In this document: piece after piece, positions 53,890 through 64,000 of the stretch | Position numbering within the stretch: the first letter of the stretch is position 1 | Layout of the letters: each line of letters begins with the position of its first letter | Translations under genes and position numbers: made by a program | DNA from: Negaprion brevirostris | Lineage: Eukaryota | Direction: 5' to 3' | Assembly: GCA_030324005.1 (NCBI GenBank) | Contig: JARDVH010000121.1 | Coordinates: 29,407,481-29,471,480, forward strand | DNA length: 64,000 nt | Notes under the pieces: model-generated | Database searches by the model: none | What the model was told of the DNA's origin: nothing | Seen by the model: only the letters and a program-made list of their open reading frames with translations

Positions 53890-54330
53890 AGGGACAGAAC
53901 ACTGTGTCCAAACGGTTGAAACCCATCGTCCCAACCCTCCCCTCAGCAACACCCACCAGGTCTTTTTCTCTCAAATGGTTGCCATTCCGGTGGATGTCAG
54001 AGAAGATGCTTCAAAAACATTCCTTTGAAGCACAGTACATTAACATTAATGACTGGGAGGTGTTTGCTGCCAACTGCTGACAACTTGTCCATCAAACTGC
54101 ATCACATTTTGGCTTGTGACATCTTAATGATGAGGCAGTGTTAGCGGCAGCAAAGGAAAGAAAAAGTAATATATTTTGCACTCTCGATCCCACTACCTCG
54201 CGGAGTGTCCTGCCCCAAGTGCATACAAGTCACTAATCCTGTTCAGTCACATGAAGACCTACGGCAATAGCTCACCACCCTGAGTCCATCCTCAATTTGA
54301 GGGACAGCTGACAAGAACGATGATAATGTC
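53890..54330 (+). mobile_element. RTE-clade LINE 3' end (degraded)
   Basis: Across frames: QVFFSQ, GGCQRRCFK, ININDWEVFAAN, QLVHQTASHF, CPKC and FSHMKT, matching an RTE ORF C-terminus. Confidence 0.7.
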
Positions 54331-55828
54331 AAAATGACCTTACTGAGATTCCTGTTCAAATAAGCAAAGACTGACACATATTTCTTTTTGTTTAACAGAT
54401 AATATATTAATGTCATCCGATCACTATCCTTTTGTACATATTCCTGGACGCTAGGTCAAGTTTAGCAATGAGATCAACATGGTAGTGCTAGCCTTATGGC
54501 TGTTTCTTTATGCCAACAACTAATCCTGTGCTGAATGATCCCTGTTATCATAATCTATAATAGTCAACAATCAAGTTTGATTCAGAAGATGTCCTTTTTC
54601 TCATAACCACAAGCCAAAGACCTTAGTCTGTTACAGTTGAACATGGTGAAGTTTTTATATTTGAATATAATGGCTGCCAGTTAAACCAATGGCAAGTTTT
54701 ATAAAAATGAGTGCAATTGTGATCAGAAAATTATCAACAAGGAAATATTCTGTGGTTCTAAAGGTTTTTTTAATTGTATTTAAGATATTCAAATAACTAG
54801 AAATTAATTGGAGAATTTACATATCCCAGCGCAGACATCCAAGGGTTAATCAGATAAATATCTGTGGGATTGTGCTAACAGAAAAAAATGACACCAGTTT
54901 GGTGGTTTCTCTTGCTTTTAATATAGTGCTTACAATAAGCTTTGTGGATGACATTTTGAACAGTGATGTTTTACATTGAACATCATTTCCATTATTTACA
55001 ATAGCAATTCAGAAATAGTGGAAAATGATTAAGTCTTTCCATTTGTGAACTGATAGTGCTGTGGAAAATGGTTACCAAGGCTAAGATGACATCATGAACA
55101 GAGAAGTATAAGGATTCTCTGAACCCAGATATAGTGGCTCAGCTTTGAATTGTCTCCTAGTTACCAGCAACGTTATATAAAAGATAGCAAGTAGATGATT
55201 TTTTTTATTTCCAAATACAGTTGCCCAGTCTATAGAACTGACTGAGTTTACAATCAGAATTGCCAACTAATACTGCTCAGGGGAATGTGCGCCACTGATT
55301 ATTAGTGATCAATATGTACAACATTCTGATTATTTAGAAAGAATTGCACTAAATGCAGAATGTCCTTCACGTGTATTTGACACAAATCTGAACTAATTTT
55401 GCAAACTATGAGAATCTACAATCCTATAACTCGTAAAGGTAAAAGCTGTTTCTCAAGGCAATAATTTTAAATGAACAAATTAAGCTTGTTTCCCACAGTG
55501 ATCTGTACCTTAAAAATAGCATAAAATATCTACATCGAAGGAAGGCAATAATTCATTCAAATCAAACTAATAGGGAAGTATCTGATCCAATAAGAGACAG
55601 GGCTAAACTGAGTGCCAGGCTGATGTTTGCACTAAGACAAGATATCAAATGTACACGTCTATGTCTCTCTCTCTCTCTCTGCTGGAGACAGACCATAGTG
55701 CAAACAATTCCAGGTGCCAGGAACTGACAGAAGTACAGATCGAAAGAAAATGTAATTCTGCCATTGGGATGAACAGTCCTTCCTATAATGCAAATGCTGA
55801 AAGTTGATCCCGTCTGCTTGTTCTCTGG

Positions 55829-55850
55829 GTCTCCATAGTAACAGCGGAAG
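55829..55850. promoter_or_regulatory. Candidate RFX X-box with adjacent ETS-like core
   Basis: GTCTCCATAGTAAC followed by AGCGGAAG, in apparently non-repeat sequence. Motif only. Confidence 0.35.
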
Positions 55851-56909
55851 CTAACACTCCTACAGACACTGGCTCCCACTCATAGTGCAGAGAGTCATGC
55901 TCCCCTCAACAGCTGTGTTTTACAATCAATTTATAATTGAACACCTTAACATTTTTAAAACTGCACCTATCTGGGTTTAGTACAGTATTTAAAGAGGTAT
56001 TTCTTTGAGGTTACTGTACCATTCTGTGACCAAAAAATCATGTTTTATCCCTGATGTCCATCATAAGATTCTTGCTTCTTGTATGTATCCTAGGACCAGG
56101 CAGCTGGATGTAAGCTATGAGGCTCAGTACATTCAGCAGAGTAGATCTGGATGGCTCCCCATCATTAATGTCACAGCTCTATTCAATAGTAAAGAAGGCC
56201 AGCATCCAGGAAGGTCTCTGTTTGAATAACATAAATTCTTGGGACTGCAAAGGTAGAGATTTCTATCTAGGGGAAGGAGAGGGTTGATGGTGTACATGCT
56301 GAATGGAGCTTGGTCTAGAGTGAACCATTTAATCCTGGCTAACAGTAATGGACAAATGTTTTTCCTTTCTACCAGGTCAATGAGACGAGTTGGCGATGGT
56401 TACTGGATCTGGCTGAAAAATTCTTCCCTTTAAACTATTGGAAGTGTTGTCAACTATGATGAAATGTATTCCTGCAAGTTACATTTCATGACTTGGCCCC
56501 ATGCTCCAGCCATTAGTTAGTCAACGCATCCATGCTTGCAATGTTCTTACGCCAATTCGAAAACAGAAAGACTCATTACCCATTTGGACAATGTGTGACT
56601 GTTAGCCAAATAGAATTCTTTGTCTCGCTTTGATATTTTTATATCTGGTAAAGAGAAATGACAAAACAAAATCTTTTGTAATGTCCCAATGATTTTTTTT
56701 CTAGGATTGCACTGTCTATCACCGCAAAAGCCACTATTGAAAGCGAAAGCACTGGAGACAACTACTCTTCAGGCTGCAAAACAAGTGGAATAGTTTTTTT
56801 TTGCATTTAAAATGGTCGCTTTTTTGAAATGGACCATCCTAAACATTAAAACATCTTTGTTCCAACTATTATGTTAACACAATATATATGGGACAGATTA
56901 CATGATGTT

Positions 56910-57256
56910 GAAGTGATGGCTTAGTGATATTATTAATCGATTAATCCAGAAACTCAGGTTCTGAGGACCCGGGTTCAAATCCCACCACAGCAAGTGATGA
57001 AATTCAATTTAAAAAAATCTGGAATTAAAAGTCAAATGATGACCATGAAACCATTGTTGATTGTCAGAAAAACCCATCTGGTTCACTAATATCTTGAGGG
57101 AGGAAATCTGCTGTCCTTAACTGATCTGTCCTACAGATGACTCCAGTGTCACAGCAACATGGTTGACTCTCAACTGCCCTCCAAGGGAGACAAGGGATGG
57201 GCAATAAATTCCGGCCAGCCAGCGACGCCCATGTCCCACAAATGAATAAAAAAATC
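56910..57256 (+). mobile_element. tRNA-derived SINE family 2, near full length
   Basis: GGGTTCAAATCCCACC B-box; tail GGGATGGGCAATAAAT..CCAGCGACGCCCA..AATGAATAAAAAAA. Confidence 0.8.
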
Positions 57257-57339
57257 ACAACGCCAATGTCTGAGGCAGCATTGTTGTTCTATCAAATGGT
57301 TATCAACCCAGAAGGCTGTTTCTCATAGTTTCTGGTAAT

Positions 57340-57760
57340 AAGAATGGTAGATTTCCTTTCTCAAAGGACATTAGTGAACAAGGTGGGGTTTTGCAATAGT
57401 CAATAATAGATTCCGAAACTAGCTTTATATTCCAGATTTATTACATTTAAATTTTAAAAATTTAAAAGTCGGAATTTTTATTAAATTTACAAAGTCCGAA
57501 AGATATGGTTATTAGGTGCATTGGCCATGCTAAATTCTCCCTCAGTACCCGAACAGGCACCAAAGTGTGGTGATTAGGGGATTTTCACAGTAACTTCATT
57601 GCAATGTTAATGTGAGCCTACTTGTGATGCTAATAAATAAACTTAAAATTTGAAAAATTCCACCAGCTGGTATGTTGGCATTTGAACCCGTATCTCCAAA
57701 GCATTAACCCACATCTCTGGCTTACCAGGCCAACAACATTATTACGATATCAACATCTTC
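57340..57760 (-). mobile_element. SINE family 2 reverse fragment with a nested HE1 type-A tail (57490-57645, plus)
   Basis: Contains AGGACATTAGTGAAC..TTCCAGATTT..CACCAGCTG..ATTTGAACCC; the nested piece matches the type-A tail. Confidence 0.65.
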
Positions 57761-59321
57761 CCCCAAGCCCCACTTCCTTACCATTATATTTGAACAAGAA
57801 GATATCTTTCAAAAAAACACACAGGATGGGATTTTCTGATTTAACCCATCCCGAGACCAGAAATTTCTGAATGAGGCCAACAGACCTGGCAATCATTTAT
57901 CAAGTTTTCCACCTCGCCTGCAACGATACAGCAGAACTGGAAAATTCAGTNNNNGGCTGGAAAATTTACCCCTGAATGTAAAGACTATCAGCATCCTGAG
58001 AAAGTGATGGCAGGCCTGCTACTTGAGCTGCTGATGATGTGATGCAACTGAGTACTATCGTAGACCACTTCAGAGGATGGTTAAGAAGCAGGCACAGTGA
58101 TGTGTGGGACTCAAGTGGCAAACAAGATAGAACACTAAAAGAACAACAGAATGAAATTCTAACAATGTTTTCTGTTGCTGTGTTGTGCCGGAAAATGAGA
58201 CGTTGCAATTTGTTGTCCAGAGCAAGCAGCTGTGATCTGACTCATGCAATTAGAAATGGTGGACTGGTTGAGGCCTGTCACATCACCTGTGGTGGTGTGA
58301 AGAACCCAGCAGCAGGTGAGAACAGCTGCCTGTTCACTAACACAGATGAGACTTTGCTCATCTCAGCGTCTATTTAGAGAATAGTTAACAGCTCCTTACA
58401 GAGGGCAAGGCTGGTTTCTGTTGAGAACCAAAATCTTTGGAGACATTTGTTTATTAGTTAAAAAAATCACATTTTTAAAAAACACAGACACGCTTTTATT
58501 CCTTATTAACAATTTGCGTACACAATCAAGATAGAACATTATAAAAGAATGCATTGCTGACCATTCTCTTGATTAATGCATTCATTAGACTGGAGATAGA
58601 TCATTAAAAAAAATGCTATAAATGCACAAATACAATGAATGAAACTGGACACATCAATAAACAACATGCAAAACAATTAATATCTGTGCATATTGTTAAA
58701 TATGCTTTTGACAGTCAAATGATCATTTCTGCAAGTGGAAAGTTAGCTCATTGTATTGATAGAACACTAGAATTGATTTCTCAGGATATAAAATGCAAAC
58801 ATAAATTATTTTAAAATTGTCCAGGACACTGGTGAACCTGCACTTGAATATTGTTCACCCTTCTCGTCTTTATGCAAGAAAAGAGACTGAAAAAAGAATC
58901 TACAAGGATGGCATCAGTAATAAGAGACTAATGAGTCATATTTCTATCAAGGAAATGGGTATCGGGACTCAGGGATTTCCTTTCAAACTGTGTAAACAGA
59001 CCCTTGTTGAGCTACTCATTCCNNNNNNNNNNNNNNNNNNNNNNNNNNNNNNNNNNNNNNNNNNNNNNNNNNNNNNNNNNNNNNNNNNNNNNNNNNNNNN
59101 NNNNNNNNNNNNNNNNNNNNNNTCCTCAGTCATTGAAATTACATGAACACTGATGTAACACCATGTACTGAGCATGCTAGTGTCTCACAAAACAGGCAGC
59201 CTGGCCTCAAGTCACCTTGCCATTGGACCAAGGTCCCACCCTGCCAAGAGTGTGTGATAGTTGGTTTGCAATGTCCACCCCAGTTCAAAGAGTCACACAC
59301 AGTTATCTTCCATTCATCAAA

Positions 59322-60025
59322 ATGAAGTTTGGGACTTGGATTATCAGGAAGCATCTTAGCCAACCCCAACAGTTACGGACCTGAGTGCCATTCAGCATCA
59401 TAGCTTAGGCATCTTGACATCAACATTGCTACCTTAAGTGATGCATGGCATTAAGGAAAAGGCCAGCTGAATTATCAAGGTGGTTACTATAATTTTTTCT
59501 GGAAGGGCATCCAGAGGAGGAATGACACCAGCACAGGGTGGCCTCCACCATCAAAAATGATCTTGCCTGGTGCCTCAATGACTCCCATGGGATAAGTTAG
59601 TGCCTCATGGCTGTTCCATATACCTTAACAACATGCCAATGTCATTAGTGCATATATTTTTATAGCTGAGGCAGCAGATGAAGTCAAAGAGGGATTCTAT
59701 GGCAGCTTTGAGCAATTCTTAGCCCAAGTCCCAGCAGGTCACAAACTGATCCCCCTCGGAGATTCCAATGCTAGAGTCAGTAAGGAGGCAAATTTCTGGT
59801 TGTGTATGATAGTTAATGGAGGAAGAGGGAAAGCAAACTCAAATAGAGTTCTTTTTCTGACAACATGTCTAGAGCATGAACTTGTAATGTTCAGGCAGCA
59901 AGACAAAAGCAAAACCTAATGGCAACACCCAGAGTCCAAACTCTGGAACTTATTCCACTTCATTATCATTCAGGCAAGGGACATCAGAGATGTACACCCC
60001 TCTCATGACAGATGCCAACAACTGC
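59322..60025 (+). mobile_element. RTE-clade LINE apurinic endonuclease domain (degraded); continues at ~60945-61070
   Basis: Encodes MKFGTW.IR, LRHLDINIATLSD, NFFWKG, VISAY, DEVKEGFY, KLIPLGDSNARV, GKANSN and KT*WQHPESKLW. Confidence 0.85.
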
Positions 60026-60154
60026 TAGCTCTAGGGCTGCACTGTGGCACAGAGGTTAGCACTGTGCCTCACAGTGCCAGGGACCCAGGTTCAATTCTGG
60101 CTCTGAGTGCTGTCTTAGACCATTTCAGAGGATGGTTAAGAAGCAGGCACAGTG

Positions 60155-62157
60155 ATGTGAGCCATTCATGTTAATAGTTGAGACATTTAAAAGGTTAATT
60201 ACCCCAGCTGAAAGGCGATGGGTGTGAATATGCCACAAACCTGGGCCAACAAAGAACTAATGTTGAAGCGGTTTTGGAAAGTAGCCATTTTGAGTTTTGA
60301 ACTACTAAAGACAGGCTGCAAAAGCCATTTTTATGCAGAACGCCAGGAAGAGTTCAGAGACATCATCTGAGAGGGTTCCTGGCCATTGGAAGGTAAAAAG
60401 AAGGTATTCAGAAATCGATTGCTGTTCTGCTGAAAGAATCCAGGTGATCTGTAAATGCCATCACCACAGCAGAACCCACTGAACCCACGTAAAAAGTCAA
60501 GTACTGACTATTCCACTACAGATGCGATTGTAGCTGCTGTGCAAAACTCTTCAACCCTTTGCTCTAGGCAGCCAACTCTCCAATGGCAAGCTAAAGACCT
60601 GCAATGATATCTAGGGCAGAACTTTGGCTCAGTGGTTAGCACTGCTGCTTCACAGTGCCAGGGACCTGAGTTCAGTTCTGGCCTTGGGCCACTGTGTTTG
60701 TGATGTTTGCACATTCTCACCATGTCTGCACGTGTTTACTCTGAGTGCTCCAGTTTCATCCCAAAGCCCAAAAGATACGCTGGTTAGGTGAACTGGCCAT
60801 GTTAAATTATCCCATTGCGCCAGGGAGACTAACACGGTAAAGATGTGGGATTATGGGGATAAGGCCTGGGTGGGATTGATGTTATGCATTCTTGATGGAT
60901 CGAATGGCTGCCTTCTGCACTATAGGGATTCTATAATTTATCCAAACCACTGTCTCCATCAATCTGGCTCACAAATAGAAGTAATGTTGTGAGAAAATTA
61001 TCACTGAAGGCCTCAAAAATCTCACCAATGTATAACCTTTCAGTCAATACCTCCCTGCTGTGATGACCATGAAGAGGGCATTTCATCAAAGTCATTTGTG
61101 AGCAAGGCATTTGTGTGTGTGTTTGCAGCTTCCCTTTGAATTTATGAGTGATTAAAAATAATCAACAGCTTTAGTCTGAAGCAAAATAAATGTTTTTTTT
61201 TATTACAAAATTGCAGCTATAAGTAAAAGTAGCAAAGTTACTAAGTAAATACATACAAAGATTAAATGCAGATAAGAATTAAAGGTACTTGTGAATATGA
61301 AATTCAATTCAGTCCTTTAATATGTTATAGAATCATAGAATCAGTACACTACAGAAGGAGGCCATCCAGCCCATCATGTCTGTACCAACCACAATCCCAC
61401 TCAAGCCCTATTCCTCATATTTACCTTGCTAATCCTCCGACATTAGGGTTAATTTAGCATGGCCAATCAACCTAGCACCCACATTTTTGATTTGTGTCAG
61501 GAAATCGGAGCACCTGGAACCCACACAGACACAGGGAGAACAAGCAAACTCCCATAAAGACAGTGACCCTAGGCCAGAATTGTATCCGAGTCCCTGACAC
61601 TGTGAAGCAGCAGTGCTAACCAGTGGGCCATCATACTGCCCTAGATGTCATTNNNNNNNNNNCATTGCAGGTCTTTAGCTTGCCATTGGAGAGTTGGCTG
61701 TCTAGGGCAAAGGGTTGAAGAGTTTTGCTCAGCAGCTGCAATCATAACTGTAGTGGAATAGTTTGACTTTTTACATGGGCTCAGCAGCTTCTGGGGGAGA
61801 AGCAAGGTTCATTGTTCCTCACTAGTTCTGCTGTGGTTATGGCATTTAAAGATTGCTAGATTCTTTCAGCCGGACAGCAATTGATTTCTGAATACGTTCT
61901 TTTTACTTTCCAATGGCCAAGAACCCTCTCAGGTGATGTCTGTCTGAACTCTTCCTGGAGTTCTGCACAAAAATAGCTCTTGCAGCCTGTCTTTAGTAGC
62001 ACAAAACTCAAAACGGCTACTTTCCAAAACTGCCAAATAATGCTTTGATATTAGTTATTGGGTTGGCCCAGGTCTGCGGCATATTCTCACCCGTTGTCTT
62101 TCAGCTGAGGTAATTAATCCTTTAAGTGTCTCAACCATTAACATGAATGGCTCACAT
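60155..62157. repeat. Long inverted repeat: arms 60155-60619 and 61636-62157, each continuing inward into an oppositely oriented HE1-like SINE (60613-60936 +, 61325-61642 -)
   Basis: For example GAGCCATTCATGTTAAT.GTTGAGACA at 60159 versus TGTCTCAAC.ATTAACATGAATGGCTC at 62127, and CTCTCCAATGGCAAGCTAAAGACCTGCAATG at 60576 versus its reverse complement at 61663. Confidence 0.92.
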
Positions 62158-62342
62158 TCTTCCAGGTTTGTTGAGATAGGAAAGAACTGTTCACACCTTC
62201 AGGAAAGCCATCGTCAATTAATTTGTTTACTCTTGTGATCATGAACATTGAATTTCAAATGTCTGGGTATATCAGCGAGTGTGATTTAAAATGTTTACTC
62301 AGCTGCTTCAGTGCAGCCACAGACTCAAATCACAGTGACTTT

Positions 62343-62655
62343 AGGGCAGTATGGTGGCACAGTGGTTATCATAGCTGCCTCACAGCGCCAGAGACACGAG
62401 TTTAATTCTGGCTTCGAGTGATTGTCTGTGTGGAGTTTGCACATTCTCCCTGTGTCTGCCAGGGTTTCCTTCGGGTGCTCCAGTTCCCTTCCACATTCCA
62501 AAGATGTGTGGGTTAGGTTGATAGGCCATGCTAAAATTGCCCCTCAGTGTTGGGGGATTAGGAGGGTAAATAGATGGGGTTACAGAGCTAGGAACTGGGT
62601 GGGATTGTTGTCAATGCAGGCTCGATGGGCCAAATGGCCTCTTTCTGCACTGTAG
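62343..62655 (+). mobile_element. HE1-like SINE, tail type B
   Basis: Full head and GGCTCGATGGGCCAAATGGCCT tail. Confidence 0.88.
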
Positions 62656-63084
62656 AGAGTCGATGGATAGTCTATCTATTTGCAATCCACTCAGAGCCTG
62701 CTGAGATGCTGTGTGTCACGTCTCCCAACAAAATGGACCTGAATCCATTCAAGTTGTTGGAGACCTTAAATGGCCATCCACGCAATGGAGCTGGCAAGGG
62801 CTGAGTTGCTGAGTGTGGGTTCACTACTCTTGCTCTTATTCCATGCTAACAAAAATTGCCAGAAATGGGAATGGGAACAAGGATCCTGGAAACAGATCCT
62901 ATTTGTCATTTTTTAAAACCTGTCTACCTCCTTTCTGCCATTTTTGTTTAAAAAGAGCAGACCTAGAAAAGATCTGATCAACAGTTTTAAATCATGACTA
63001 GATTGGGCAAGGTTGATACTGAGAGAATGTTTCCACTTAAGGAAGAATCTAAAGCTGGGGCCCATAAAACAAGGTAGTTACTAA

Positions 63085-63395
63085 TGGAACACAAAAGCAA
63101 TGCTGACAAATCTCAGCAGCTCCAACAGCATCTGTGGAGAGAGAACAGAGCTAATGGCTGGAGTTCTCCAATCGTTTACGCTGATGGGATTCTCCAGTCC
63201 TGCCAGCAGTGCACTGCCACCTGTGGATTTCCAACCAGCGTGGGGTGATGTCAATGAGAATTCCCATTGACAGTGGCAGGACCAGAAAATCCCACCGCTA
63301 GCAAGCACTATGCCACCTCCCACTAAAGGAAACACACAGCTGGGAGGCCAGAGAGTCTCGTCCGATATTTCATGTTTGGATAACTCTTCATCAGT
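63085..63395 (-). mobile_element. PLE pLTR fragment with decayed hammerhead, interrupted by a MITE (63156-63363), inside a decayed CR1
   Basis: AATGCTGACAAATCTCAGCAG..GCATCTGTGGAGAGAG resembles 8880-8930. Minus strand has CTGATGAAGAGTTATCCAAACATGAAA. MITE flanks are AAT and GAT. Confidence 0.6.
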
Positions 63396-64000
63396 TAGTT
63401 ACTGACAGGTTCAATTGGAAATATGAAGGAAAATGTCTTTATTTCGTCATTAGTATGTGGAACCTGTTATCACAGAAAGTGGTTAAGTTAACATTGATTC
63501 TTTCCAAAGGGATTGGATAAGAGCATGAAAGAAAATGGAATTGAAAGATATGTGAGAAAGTTGAAATCACAGAACTTATGATGCACTGATGCACAGAGTG
63601 CTGGAGGTTCACTCTGGTGAGTATATTAAAAAAAACCTGCAGGATTTAATCCTATTTTTCCTGCATGTTGGGAACTTAGAATTTTTTTGGGAGCATCCCG
63701 ACTGAACTTTTTTAATTCAAGTGAGCATTCACATTTCCACTTCTTTCCTGACTGGAAGGAACTGATTGATTTTCCAAGTGCTGTGATCATGAATACATTG
63801 GTGATTTCATCATAATTCTCTCAACTGAAGAAATATCCATAATTGGAGAGTGTGCACCCTATGTTACACATCAGTCAAGGGAATTTAATACTTCTGTCAG
63901 AGTAAGAAGAAAGCAACTATCACAGGCAAATCATTTGTGTTTCTTTCATTAAGTTGAATGGTTTATTCAATATTAAGTAGATTTCTATTGTATTTACTCT

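Noticed and set aside
53397-53974. Minus-strand ORFs of 74 and 108 aa as coding exons
   Set aside because: No recognisable domain. Part of the region is the antisense of an RTE relic and the rest looks non-coding.
61645-61670. Indel between the inverted-repeat arms at the 10-N gap
   Set aside because: CATT occurs on both sides of the gap and the other arm is contiguous, so this is probably a scaffold overlap placeholder.

Overview
Vertebrate, repeat-rich, gapped scaffold sequence, very probably from a shark/elasmobranch (HE1-like tRNA SINEs, abundant CR1, L2, Rex1, RTE and Penelope relics). The only host coding sequence I can support is a 66-nt first coding exon of a DOK4/5/6-family adaptor gene, best read as DOK5 (minus strand, 43586-43521, [22 protein letters not shown], followed by a GTGAGT donor). 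Everything to the left (1-43520) is therefore intron and everything to the right is upstream or 5' sequence. Almost all ORFs in the supplied track are transposon debris or noise. I did not find a convincing new biological system. The most interesting signals are: (i) a structurally complete minimal type I hammerhead ribozyme in a Penelope pseudo-LTR at about 51.2 kb, with decayed or deleted counterparts in other Penelope copies; (ii) a three-junction, microhomology-bearing templated insertion and inverted duplication at 60.0-62.2 kb that looks like a fossil replication template switch; (iii) a good splice acceptor 146 nt upstream of the DOK ATG, hinting at an extra 5' non-coding exon; (iv) an unexplained ~30-bp-stem hairpin in the intron; and (v) several candidate enhancer or insulator motif clusters. 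Repeat boundaries were estimated by eye and are approximate. Family names come from recalled motifs, not database searches.
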